The notes under the pieces: generated by a model
Told to the model about the DNA's origin: nothing
Database searches by the model: none
What the model saw: only the letters and a program-made list of their open reading frames with translations
DNA from: a virus
Virus record (IMG/VR): IMGVR_UViG_3300009151_000053
Coordinates: 1-64,000 of that record
Direction: 5' to 3' (one strand)
Length of the DNA stretch: 64,000 nucleotides
Program-made: the position numbers and the translations under genes
Part shown: one piece after another, positions 38,478 to 48,468 of the stretch
Numbering within the stretch: the stretch's first letter is position 1
How the letters are laid out: the number at the start of each line of letters is the position of its first letter

Positions 38478-41400
38478 TTCGCTCTAGTAAAGTGATAGTC
38501 GCCGTCCATAAATCCACCACAAAACATTCCGCCAACTTTTACAAAGCCAATAGAGATTAAATAATCTGTAATCTCTTGGACTTTTGGTGCGCCAATGTTG
38601 TAATCAACTGTTTGCATCTCTAGAATAATGTCTTTACAGTTCTTAAGAACTTCAGTAGCACCTCTTAATATGTCAAGTTCTGCACCTTGAACATCCATCT
38701 TAATCAGATCAGGCAGAGGCAATCTTTTGTTTTTAACAACAGTATCTAATGTCATCGCGATCTTTTGAACTTTTGCAGATGGCGGAAACAGTTCTGCTGC
38801 CCGTGGGCTTAACTCTACATTTTCATCATAATAAGAGTTGCCACCAGGATGTTCTGTGTTTTGATTAAAGTCTACAACTTTAAAGTTTGTGTCTGATAGA
38901 ACACCCAATGAATATTTGTGACCATAATCGTCATACAGAAACTTAACAGCATCCATCGCCTCAAATAACACATACTCGGAATCTGGCCAAACTGGTTTTG
39001 CAGCATTTGTCCAATGAAGTACACATGCGCCAATGTCATAGATTACTTTTGGATTGATACCGCTTTCTTTCATCTTGAAAAGATAATCTATATGTTGTTT
39101 TGGTATCAAATCCATTTTGCCTAGTTCTCTAAGTCTGGTCTGTTCTGGAGTTTCCCCAAAGCATTCCGCTACCGCTTCTTTAAAACCGCTCATATCTGCT
39201 ATAGGTTTGCCGTTGTAAAGATTTGTGTTTTGCGATTCCACTCGAAACACACGTTCGCCAATATGACCACAAACGATAGAAGTATCAACCCAAATACCAT
39301 AACCTTTTGCATTTGCTTTTTTACAGAAGTCCAAATCTTCGCTAAATGTGTTAGCAAAATCCAAAGTTTGGTGATAGACAAACTGAGGATAACCAACGCT
39401 TGCTAAAACTTCTTTTTTAACAAGGACGCAACCGAAACCGCAACCACCAATCTCAATGAGACCCCCGTGTTCAAGAGATTCAAAAGGAACATTTCGGAAG
39501 TTCTTATCATAAATTTCGATAACTTGGGGTTCAAGGCGTTGACGATATATACCACTAACAACGTGCTTATCATGTGAGAGCATCTTCTTTAAAGTATCAG
39601 GAGTGAAAATAACATCATGGTCCACTGCGAAAAGATAATCATAACTGTTAACAACCCAACTAGCAATAAGGTTGCGGACTTGATCAACGGCATAGCCATA
39701 AAAATATTGGAAATCTACCTCATAGCCATCAGGCACTTCAAGATCATAGATTGACTTAAAGGTTTGCACTTCAATATATTTGGCTGTTGGGATTGCAATC
39801 AGAATCTTCTTCTTTGGTCCACTCACTTCATTTTTTCCTATCACTTTATTTGCATTTTTTGTTTGCTCTTCACCATTGACTTTGTAATCGTTCAATGGGT
39901 TGGCGTCATTGTAGTTATATAGCACGTCTGGAATACAAACAACTTTGTCTGGATTAGCCAGTTCAAGCATCGTATAGAATACAGCAGTATCACCACCAGC
40001 CTTTAGCCAGTTACCATTCTCATCTTTGAACGCAGACGTATCTTCAAGTCGCTTAACCAGACTAGAACTAAATGTTCTGAGGTGAGTGTAAGGCATGTTC
40101 CATGCAAATCGGTAATCACGATATGACTTATTCTGTTTTACTTCAGGTGGATATGGTTGAGCAATAAGAGGAATGTTGTCTACAACAGACCAGCAACTTC
40201 CGTAAGTAAATTCCGCACCTTCTTGGTATAAATTATTAATCTTGTGGAAGATATTAGGATCGTTTATTAGCCAATCATCACCATCAACAAGCATAATTAT
40301 AGACTCGCCATAATGCATACTTACGCTTTCTAACATCGTTTCGATTTGGTTACAAACAGCACCTTTATTTTCTTCATTTTTACGAAGAAAGAAATCTATC
40401 TCAGTATTATAATACATTTGAATTGCTTTATTAGCAACTTCGTATGTGTTATCTGTTGAACAATCATCGATTACCCAAATGGTATAATGTGAATAATCTT
40501 GTGCAGCGATTGACTTGATACATCTCTCGATATATTTCTCAGCATTATAAACCGGAACGATCACATCAATATGCATGGACCGACGATATCTTGGCTCTTG
40601 CAACTCTTCTGGATTAGTGAAGCGGCGACCAAATACCTTATGCACATCATGATTGATCTTCGAGACTTTGCGATATTCTGAAACAGGAAGATAATCGCCT
40701 AATGCTTTATAGAAGTGCTGCTTCCACTGAAGAGCAACCGTATCCCATGTGCAGATATCCTTGATCTGATTGCAAGCATACATCTTCTGCTGGTGAAGGT
40801 ACTTGTCGTTATACGCTCGTTCGAGCATATCAACAAACCGCTCTACTTGAAAATCGGTATTAATATTTGGAAACAAACTGTTCGGCACAATCGGATATGG
40901 AACCTTGTAACAAGCCATATCAATAGCAGTCTCTTCCAATGCACCGAAGTTGCAAGTGACAAGAGGCGTATTATAAAAAAGAGACTCTAGCGTAGAGATG
41001 CCAAATGTTTCAGGAAACGCGGTAGGGTAGACCATATAAGATGCTTTAGCAAGAATCTCTGCGATTTCTTTTTGAGGAATGATTCCAGTGAAGTCGATTT
41101 TATCGCCATACTTTGCAACTAACTCGTGGTATTTTTCCTCTAACTCATCTGGTGGTGAATCATCACGAAACTTGTAATATCCACCAATAACCTTAAGTTT
41201 CGCATGTGGAACTCGTTCAAGAAATTTTGGCCACACTCTTTCGATAAGAGGAATCATACCCTTTGACACTGATGCATTATAGACAAACAAATCAGGGTCT
41301 TTGTCGCGCACATCAACCCAATCAATATGCTTCTTCATTCCGTTGCGTGTCTGGAAGATATACTTCTTCATGGTCTCAAACATACGCTTGCCGCCATGAT

Positions 41401-41872
41401 CACAATTACTAGTATATGAAGTGTGGAAGTCTGACAGAGTAAATACTTTATCAATTCTACCAGCAACCAAGAAAGGCTCAATTAATTGATCGCCATCACA
41501 GAAAGTATCGTGCATCCACAGTACTTTGTAATTGGCTTTAAAATTATCAAAGTTTGGAAGATTTACAAACGACTTAAACGATTGTTTAAGTTCTGGAGGA
41601 GAGAATACTGCAACTGACCTTGAAGCAATAATAATATCATATTCTAATGTTTTTCCCTCGATATATGATAAAGGTCTGTAAAGAACTCCATCATATTCTC
41701 CAGGAACAGAATTATCACTGCTACAGTCATTGTAAACGGTAACATCAAATCCTACTTTGACAAGTTCTTTTGCCATAAGAATAACAGCAGACTCAGAGCC
41801 ACCAAGCCCACGTTTTTCTAAAGTGCTTCCATCATATGAAAGTCCCAACACATCAACAATCGCAATCTTCAT
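38474..41872 (-). CDS. Four-domain fusion: GT4-like + GT2 + second GT-A-like glycosyltransferase + FkbM methyltransferase
   Basis: GLGGSE...ETFGISTLE (GT-B); VIVPVYNAEKYI..DDCSTD..VDGDDWL (GT2); FAVDHD..GFGCVLVK..SEDLDFC; YDIGA..IKMDVQGAE (FkbM); GGAG RBS before ATG 41872. Confidence 0.88.
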   Translation of the reverse strand: MKIAIVDVLGLSYDGSTLEKRGLGGSESAVILMAKELVKVGFDVTVYNDCSSDNSVPGEYDGVLYRPLSYIEGKTLEYDIIIASRSVAVFSPPELKQSFKSFVNLPNFDNFKANYKVLWMHDTFCDGDQLIEPFLVAGRIDKVFTLSDFHTSYTSNCDHGGKRMFETMKKYIFQTRNGMKKHIDWVDVRDKDPDLFVYNASVSKGMIPLIERVWPKFLERVPHAKLKVIGGYYKFRDDSPPDELEEKYHELVAKYGDKIDFTGIIPQKEIAEILAKASYMVYPTAFPETFGISTLESLFYNTPLVTCNFGALEETAIDMACYKVPYPIVPNSLFPNINTDFQVERFVDMLERAYNDKYLHQQKMYACNQIKDICTWDTVALQWKQHFYKALGDYLPVSEYRKVSKINHDVHKVFGRRFTNPEELQEPRYRRSMHIDVIVPVYNAEKYIERCIKSIAAQDYSHYTIWVIDDCSTDNTYEVANKAIQMYYNTEIDFFLRKNEENKGAVCNQIETMLESVSMHYGESIIMLVDGDDWLINDPNIFHKINNLYQEGAEFTYGSCWSVVDNIPLIAQPYPPEVKQNKSYRDYRFAWNMPYTHLRTFSSSLVKRLEDTSAFKDENGNWLKAGGDTAVFYTMLELANPDKVVCIPDVLYNYNDANPLNDYKVNGEEQTKNANKVIGKNEVSGPKKKILIAIPTAKYIEVQTFKSIYDLEVPDGYEVDFQYFYGYAVDQVRNLIASWVVNSYDYLFAVDHDVIFTPDTLKKMLSHDKHVVSGIYRQRLEPQVIEIYDKNFRNVPFESLEHGGLIEIGGCGFGCVLVKKEVLASVGYPQFVYHQTLDFANTFSEDLDFCKKANAKGYGIWVDTSIVCGHIGERVFRVESQNTNLYNGKPIADMSGFKEAVAECFGETPEQTRLRELGKMDLIPKQHIDYLFKMKESGINPKVIYDIGACVLHWTNAAKPVWPDSEYVLFEAMDAVKFLYDDYGHKYSLGVLSDTNFKVVDFNQNTEHPGGNSYYDENVELSPRAAELFPPSAKVQKIAMTLDTVVKNKRLPLPDLIKMDVQGAELDILRGATEVLKNCKDIILEMQTVDYNIGAPKVQEITDYLISIGFVKVGGMFCGGFMDGDYHFTRAN

Positions 41873-41895
41873 TTCACACTCCAATAAATCATTCT

Positions 41896-41903
41896 TATAA
41901 ATA
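41896..41903 (+). promoter_or_regulatory. T4-type late promoter
   Basis: Exact TATAAATA upstream of the collagen-like gene cluster. Confidence 0.65.
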
Positions 41904-41978
41904 AGTCTACTATAGATTCTGTAGTAAGTCAACTATATAGTTGTCTTCATAAAGATACATATCGACTAGGAGAGCCAT

Positions 41979-42791
41979 ATGGCTGCTATTAAAGATGTCA
42001 AGTTTAAGAGAACGTCTGTTCCTGGAAAGGTGCCGACGCTTGCCGACATTAGTGTTGGTGAACTTGCAATCAATCTGGTCGATAAGAAACTTTATACAGC
42101 AAACACAACAGCAGTTTTTGAACTAGGCGGAAATCTCACAAACTTAAACGTGAGCAACACCGCAACGATCAATACGGCTAGTATCTTCACACTTAGCGCA
42201 AATGGCGCAGTTGGTCTTCCTGGACAAGGATTGACTTCTAACGGCACGTCTATCTATTGGTCTAATAATCCAGGTTATACAGGATCACAGGGTGTTATTG
42301 GTTATACTGGCTCTTTTGGATTTACAGGATATACAGGATCGTTTGGATACACTGGCTCGCAGGGTGTTATCGGTTATACAGGATCATTCGGCTACACAGG
42401 TTCATTCGGCTACACGGGTTCGTTTGGCTATACTGGCTCTAAAGGTGTTGATGGTACGATTGGCGTAGACGGCTACACAGGTTCTCAAGGTGTTATAGGT
42501 TACACTGGTTCGAAGGGTGCTGATGGGATTATTGGTTATAATGGTTCAATTGGCTATACTGGTTCTCAAGGTGTTATCGGTTACACAGGTTCCAGAGGAA
42601 CTGATGGGATAATCGGGTATAATGGTTCTAATGGCTACACAGGTTCTCAGGGCGCGACTGGCTACGTTGGATCACAAGGCATCGGTTACACAGGTTCTGC
42701 TGGCATCACGACATCATATGTATTTGATGGTGGTAGCCCAACAGCAGATTATTCATTAGGTCCAGCATTTGATTGCGGAGGAGTTTATTAA
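41979..42791 (+). CDS. Collagen-like (GYTGS repeat) fibre protein
   Basis: KFKRTSVPGKVP....GELAIN..DKKLY N-terminus, Gly-X-Y tract and DGG/DCGG C-terminus; AGGAG RBS. Confidence 0.75.
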   Translation: MAAIKDVKFKRTSVPGKVPTLADISVGELAINLVDKKLYTANTTAVFELGGNLTNLNVSNTATINTASIFTLSANGAVGLPGQGLTSNGTSIYWSNNPGYTGSQGVIGYTGSFGFTGYTGSFGYTGSQGVIGYTGSFGYTGSFGYTGSFGYTGSKGVDGTIGVDGYTGSQGVIGYTGSKGADGIIGYNGSIGYTGSQGVIGYTGSRGTDGIIGYNGSNGYTGSQGATGYVGSQGIGYTGSAGITTSYVFDGGSPTADYSLGPAFDCGGVY

Positions 42792-44926
42792 TGGCTAACA
42801 TTCAATTCCAACTTAGAAGAGGCACTGCTGCACAGTGGACAGCCGCTAACACAACTCTTGCTGCTGGTGAAATCGGTATTGAAACTGATACACAACTGTT
42901 CAAGATCGGCAACGGCTCTACATCATGGAACATTTTGTCATATGGTGGTTTGCGCGGTTATGTTGGTTCTCAGGGAACAACTGGATATACTGGCTCGCAA
43001 GGCGCGACAGGCTATACCGGATCGATGGGCTATACTGGCTCAATCGGTTATACAGGGTCTCAAGGCGTAACAGGTTATACTGGATCATTGGGTTATACTG
43101 GATCATTGGGTTATACTGGATCATTGGGTTATACTGGATCACTAGGATATACAGGTTCTAAGGGTGATATTGGTTACAGTGGATCATTTGGTTACACCGG
43201 ATCGCTAGGATATACTGGTTCGTTTGGTTATACTGGCTCGCAAGGTGTTATTGGTTATACAGGTTCTAAGGGTGATGTTGGTGCTCAAGGACCTCAAGGT
43301 CAGTTTGGTGGTGCTGCATTTGAATACAACTACAGCAATAATACAGCAAACACCGATCCAACTGCTGGTTATTTAAAGTTTAATAGCACAAATCTTGCTA
43401 CAGCAACATCAATGTATATTGATTATCTTGATATCACTTCTACAAGTGCATATAACTATTTGCAAACGATTGACGATTCTACATCTGCTATTAAAGGAAC
43501 ATTTAGACTTGAAGAAAAAGCAAATAATGCAAACTTTGCTTATTTCTCTATTACGGGTAATCACACAGAATCTGGTCCTGGTGGATATTTTACAGTTCCT
43601 ATCGCATGGTTAAATGGCGTAACTTCATTCACTAATGGATTAGATTCTATTATTACATTCGTTAGAACTGGTGATAAAGGTGACACAGGTTATACTGGAT
43701 CGCAAGGAATTATTGGTTATACAGGCTCGTTCGGTTATACTGGATCACTAGGATATACAGGCTCACTCGGCTATACAGGTTCTAAGGGTGATATTGGTTA
43801 CAGTGGATCATTTGGTTACACCGGATCGCTAGGATATACTGGTTCGTTTGGCTATACAGGTTCACTTGGCTACACTGGATCGCTAGGATATACTGGTTCG
43901 TTTGGTTATACTGGCTCGCAAGGTGATATTGGTTACAGTGGATCATTTGGTTACACCGGATCGCTAGGATATGTTGGTTCTCAAGGACCAACTCCAGTAT
44001 CAACCATATACACTGCACAATCACTCAATCTAACTGGTGGTGTGTATGTTTCTGGTTCTTTATCAAGTGTTCAAACATTCAACGATGGAAACAGTTATAC
44101 GATCACTGATGGTACAGGAACAGGTCCAGCATGGTATATTGATTTCGGATTTACTGGTGTTACATCTTTTAACCAAGTTGATTTAAATATTCAATACACA
44201 GTAAGTTCTGGTCATACAATCTATGTTCAGTTATACAACTATGCTATTGCTGGTTGGGACAACGTTGCGCAATATAGTGGTCTAACTGGATATACACAGT
44301 TTCAGTTAGGTGTTATTTCTAGTACAAACTATATTAATGCTGGTGCGGCAACTGTAAGACTTTACCATAGTAACACTGGTACTGCTGGTCACACAACAAA
44401 TATTGAATATGTATCTATCGTAGATTCTATTGCTGGTGGTCAAGGTCCTAGAGGATTTACTGGATACACAGGTTCTATTGGTTATACTGGTTCTCAAGGC
44501 GTTATTGGATATACTGGTTCTCAAGGTATTATTGGTTATACTGGTTCTCAAGGCGTTATTGGATATACTGGTTCTCAAGGTATTATTGGTTATACTGGAT
44601 CGCTTGGTTACACAGGTTCACAAGGTGTAATCGGTTATACAGGTTCTACGGCAGCATTAGCAATATTTACATCGCCCACAAGTCTTACAATGTCTTCGAC
44701 CTATGGTGCATACTTTGCTAACCACACAACAGGAACAATCACTTTTACATTACCCGATGCTACATTAAATACAGGTATCTTGTTGCACATTAAAAACATA
44801 AATACAGGCATATTAAACATAGCAGGAACGCAAAATATCGATTCTAGCGCAACACCACTAATAATGCAGTATAGAAACTCATCTGTTAGACTTATAAGCG
44901 ATGGAACAAGTTGGAAAATCTTTTAA
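42791..44926 (+). CDS. Collagen-like (GYTGS repeat) fibre protein with Mtd-N-like domain
   Basis: IQFQLRRGTAAQW....LAAGEIGIETDT..FKIG.G...W..L.Y; three Gly-X-Y tracts separated by globular domains; TAATG coupling at 42789-42793. Confidence 0.8.
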   Translation: MANIQFQLRRGTAAQWTAANTTLAAGEIGIETDTQLFKIGNGSTSWNILSYGGLRGYVGSQGTTGYTGSQGATGYTGSMGYTGSIGYTGSQGVTGYTGSLGYTGSLGYTGSLGYTGSLGYTGSKGDIGYSGSFGYTGSLGYTGSFGYTGSQGVIGYTGSKGDVGAQGPQGQFGGAAFEYNYSNNTANTDPTAGYLKFNSTNLATATSMYIDYLDITSTSAYNYLQTIDDSTSAIKGTFRLEEKANNANFAYFSITGNHTESGPGGYFTVPIAWLNGVTSFTNGLDSIITFVRTGDKGDTGYTGSQGIIGYTGSFGYTGSLGYTGSLGYTGSKGDIGYSGSFGYTGSLGYTGSFGYTGSLGYTGSLGYTGSFGYTGSQGDIGYSGSFGYTGSLGYVGSQGPTPVSTIYTAQSLNLTGGVYVSGSLSSVQTFNDGNSYTITDGTGTGPAWYIDFGFTGVTSFNQVDLNIQYTVSSGHTIYVQLYNYAIAGWDNVAQYSGLTGYTQFQLGVISSTNYINAGAATVRLYHSNTGTAGHTTNIEYVSIVDSIAGGQGPRGFTGYTGSIGYTGSQGVIGYTGSQGIIGYTGSQGVIGYTGSQGIIGYTGSLGYTGSQGVIGYTGSTAALAIFTSPTSLTMSSTYGAYFANHTTGTITFTLPDATLNTGILLHIKNINTGILNIAGTQNIDSSATPLIMQYRNSSVRLISDGTSWKIF

Positions 44927-44937
44927 GGAAATAAAGA

Positions 44938-46467
44938 ATGGCATATTTCGAAGTCTCAAACTTAGCCGATTCCAGTCTTTTATCGTCCACAACGATTGGC
45001 TCGGCTTATACCAACGTCACACTTACTAACGGTAGTGCTACGATCAGCGGTCTTAGCGGGCTAAACAGCACTTATCTTGGCGATTATATTAACAGCACTG
45101 CTGGTTTTCCTATCGGCACATTTATTGTTTCTATTACAAATGCCACAACGGCGGTGTTGTCAGCACCATATACTGGTGTAACAACTTCTACTGCTACGCT
45201 CGCTCTATATCCTTTAACTGGTCCTTCTATTGATACAACTGGTTATCCATCTATCGTGCTTCAGTTGGGTGGTGTTTTTGTTGGTCAGATGTATATCGAA
45301 GGATCAAATGACAACACTAACTGGGATAAACTTTATGTTCTTCCGTTGAATGATGTTGTTTTGACTGATGACATTACGTCTATGGGTAACTATCATTTAA
45401 AGACATCAACAAGATATATTCGCTACAACTTCCAGCAAATATTCAATGGTACACCAACATTAACGATTTATGGAAGATCAGGTACTGGTCCTTCTGCTGC
45501 TGATGGTCTGTCTCTTGCGTTATCACAAGAACAGAATATTCCACTTAACGTCAACTTGTCATCAGGTATAAAGAAAGATTCTACCAACGCTCTGTTTATT
45601 TCTGATGCTCCTACGCTTGTTCAGTTAGTTGCGGCAGTCGGTCAAATAACTGTTATCGATATGCAGGGTTATAATACGATTCACTTAACGACTAATGCAT
45701 ATGCAGCATCTGGTGGTTTCCAAATATCAAACTCAAATGACGGTACAGCAACATCATTTGCTACCAACCAGGCTGCTCTTTCATCTGCAACCGGTGGTAC
45801 TATGTCTACTGCTATTGTTGCTTCTACAACATATGCATTTACTCCGAATGCTCGTTATGTGCGTATTGTTTGCACAACCGCAGGTATGTTATCATATTTC
45901 TTACGCAACACACCAAACAGTGGCATCGTAGCACAAAACTTAACAGCAATCGGTGGTGCTGCTGTATCTTCTACTGCCGCACAACTTGGCGTTAACGTTG
46001 TACAGTTTGCTGGTTCGTTTGTCAACGGCGGTGTTGCTGGTTCTATAAGCGTCGGCGGCGCATCAGCCGTAGGTGTTGCACCAACTTATAACTATCTTGG
46101 CGCAAGCGGCATCGATACTTCTGGTTTGGCTAGACGTATTCTTTCTGATACAACAGGCCGTTTGCAGATAGCAGGATTCAACGCAATCTCTGCACAGTTT
46201 GCAAACACTTCTACAACAAACCCATTAACCGCAGTTGGTGCAATCACTGGCACAAACCAGGCAACGGCTGCATTAAACGTTCAAGACACTGCTCAATTTG
46301 AAGGACAATCTCTTGTTGAATTGCTTGCCTTGATGTTACTAGAATTGCGTATTGCTAATCAACAGCGATATGAAATGGTATACCTGCTAAATAATGGTAT
46401 ACAAAACGCAATGGACCCACCTGAAAACTTCAGAAACGATTCATCATCTCTCTTCTTCGTACAATAA
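44938..46467 (+). CDS. Hypothetical beta-rich virion protein
   Basis: Rich in S/T/A/G; EGSND..NW and RYIR motifs; C-terminal LLELRIAN helix resembling 57353-57787. Confidence 0.6.
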   Translation: MAYFEVSNLADSSLLSSTTIGSAYTNVTLTNGSATISGLSGLNSTYLGDYINSTAGFPIGTFIVSITNATTAVLSAPYTGVTTSTATLALYPLTGPSIDTTGYPSIVLQLGGVFVGQMYIEGSNDNTNWDKLYVLPLNDVVLTDDITSMGNYHLKTSTRYIRYNFQQIFNGTPTLTIYGRSGTGPSAADGLSLALSQEQNIPLNVNLSSGIKKDSTNALFISDAPTLVQLVAAVGQITVIDMQGYNTIHLTTNAYAASGGFQISNSNDGTATSFATNQAALSSATGGTMSTAIVASTTYAFTPNARYVRIVCTTAGMLSYFLRNTPNSGIVAQNLTAIGGAAVSSTAAQLGVNVVQFAGSFVNGGVAGSISVGGASAVGVAPTYNYLGASGIDTSGLARRILSDTTGRLQIAGFNAISAQFANTSTTNPLTAVGAITGTNQATAALNVQDTAQFEGQSLVELLALMLLELRIANQQRYEMVYLLNNGIQNAMDPPENFRNDSSSLFFVQ

Positions 46468-46490
46468 ACAAACTCTAAAGGAGACATTAT

Positions 46491-47144
46491 ATGTTAGTAC
46501 AAAAACAAGTAGGACCAGTGACTACAACTTCATCTTTGGCTGCTGGTGCCGCAATCAACGGTCGTCTTGGAAACATGGGTGAGGATATCGTATCCGAACT
46601 GCACGGTCGTTATTATGAAACAACTTATCGTCGTGCAATGTTCACTGGTGCTACTCAGGCTGTCATCGCAACTGCTACTGTTGCAGGTCCAACTGCTTCA
46701 ACGACTGGCGTTCCTGTGTTGTATAATCCAATCGGTAACGTCAACAACGTGATTATTACAAAGGTAGGCGTAGGCTTTGTTCTAACCCCAGCCGCTCCTC
46801 TTGTATATGGTATTGCTACCGGTTACAATGGTGCCACTGCCGTTTCTGGTACTTTAACTTCTGTAACCCCTAAGAACCGTTTCATCGGTCTTGGTGCCGC
46901 TCCAACTGCCGCGATGTATTTCTCGGCTGCTATCACTCTTCCAACTGCACCAACTGCTGATATTATCTTGGGCGTTGTTGATCAAGGTGCTGTCACAGTC
47001 TCTTCAGTTGGACCAGCCTCGATGGTCGATCTTGAAGGAAGCATCATTCTTCCTCCAGGTGCGTATGCGACTATTTACACTTCAGCCGTAATGGTTGCTT
47101 CTTCGTTGCTCGCTTCGTTCCAGTGGGAAGAAGTTCCTATCTAA
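46491..47144 (+). CDS. Hypothetical virion protein, paralog of 57799-58425
   Basis: Shared VSELHGRYYET.YR, DLEGSII.PPG and WEEVP; AAGGAG RBS. Confidence 0.7.
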   Translation: MLVQKQVGPVTTTSSLAAGAAINGRLGNMGEDIVSELHGRYYETTYRRAMFTGATQAVIATATVAGPTASTTGVPVLYNPIGNVNNVIITKVGVGFVLTPAAPLVYGIATGYNGATAVSGTLTSVTPKNRFIGLGAAPTAAMYFSAAITLPTAPTADIILGVVDQGAVTVSSVGPASMVDLEGSIILPPGAYATIYTSAVMVASSLLASFQWEEVPI

Positions 47145-47156
47145 GTATTGCTTAAG

Positions 47157-47186
47157 ATATGGGGGATTTATTCCCCCATATTTTTT
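47157..47186 (+). terminator. Intrinsic terminator
   Basis: ATATGGGGGA-TTTAT-TCCCCCATAT followed by a T-run; ACTAAATA at 47204-47211 follows. Confidence 0.85.
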
Positions 47187-47235
47187 ATCTCTGTACAATC
47201 ATAACTAAATAATAGTTGCAACAGAGAAAGTTAAA

Positions 47236-48468
47236 ATGAACACGAGTATTATATACGTTTCATCCAATACAGACCCTCAGTCAATAGATTCTATATCTTT
47301 GGCTGAGGTTCACTCTGTCCAGTACACAATACAAGCATCCACAAATACTGGTATCAGTGTTTCTAAATGCCAAGTTACTCATGATGGTGTTACGATTGGT
47401 GATATTCAAAGAGGATATACACTTAACAATGGTGCACCTCTAGAATATTCAACTGACATTACCAACTATTCTGGTAGATTAATGGTAACTCCATCTGCTA
47501 ACGTCACTACATTTAAGATTCAAAAAGAAACTATTGAATGTAACGTCTATTCAGAGAACACACAAAGCGGAAGAATGATCAAGGCTACTGAAGGCTTTGC
47601 TGTTGATTATGTTTCATCTCTAAACAATGCTACAGTTAGACAAATCAACAACAATCAATATGTATCACCAACAACATTTGTTACAGCAGGAACTCTTGGT
47701 CCTATTGCAACTAAGAATGAACTGTTTCTGAATACAACATTTGCTGATAACTCTGCATGGATTCCTTACAATGATAGTGTTCTGGTTGTTGATAATGGTT
47801 ACGGATCAATAACTAGTTATAACAATATTAACAACTTCTACTATCAAGCAATAGATGTTGTTCCTGGTAGAAACTACAGAGTCTCTGGTACTGGCTACAC
47901 GACTAATGATGGGACTGTTCGTATTGGTTCTTCATTGGAGTTAGATGATTATGCTATATACTCGTTAACAAGAACTGATGCTACATTTGATATTCTGTTC
48001 TCACCTAAAGTCAATAGAATATATGTTTCTGTTGGTCATGGATCAGAAGGAACAACTACAACTGTTAGCAATATGTCTTTTAAGGAATCTGTACCGTTTC
48101 ATACATACAATCAGACTCAAGGAACGTTTTATCTAAAGTTTAACTCTATAACTGCTGGAACAACATTAGCAACGTTTACTGCTACTGATACTCTAACAAG
48201 AACTATTAGTATATCATTAGGGAACAATCTCATTATAACCGAAGATCAAACGGATGTCAATAGCGGAACCCAACTTTCTGTAAATAAACTTGCTTTTTCT
48301 TATTCAGAAGCAGGGATCATTTCTTCGTTGAATGGTGCTCCTGTTGTTCAGGCTGATGCATCAATCGTTGACAATATGAAGACGCTGTATTTTGCCACTC
48401 TTCCATTAGAGTTTGCTTATGTGTCTGATGTTCTGGCTAACTCACAACTGATAGCGATGACGACGTAA
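47236..48468 (+). CDS. Hypothetical virion protein with possible carbohydrate-binding beta-sandwich
   Basis: N.TF.....W, YQAIDVVPGRNYRVS and VSNMSFKE resemble CBM4/9-like domains. Confidence 0.5.
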   Translation: MNTSIIYVSSNTDPQSIDSISLAEVHSVQYTIQASTNTGISVSKCQVTHDGVTIGDIQRGYTLNNGAPLEYSTDITNYSGRLMVTPSANVTTFKIQKETIECNVYSENTQSGRMIKATEGFAVDYVSSLNNATVRQINNNQYVSPTTFVTAGTLGPIATKNELFLNTTFADNSAWIPYNDSVLVVDNGYGSITSYNNINNFYYQAIDVVPGRNYRVSGTGYTTNDGTVRIGSSLELDDYAIYSLTRTDATFDILFSPKVNRIYVSVGHGSEGTTTTVSNMSFKESVPFHTYNQTQGTFYLKFNSITAGTTLATFTATDTLTRTISISLGNNLIITEDQTDVNSGTQLSVNKLAFSYSEAGIISSLNGAPVVQADASIVDNMKTLYFATLPLEFAYVSDVLANSQLIAMTT

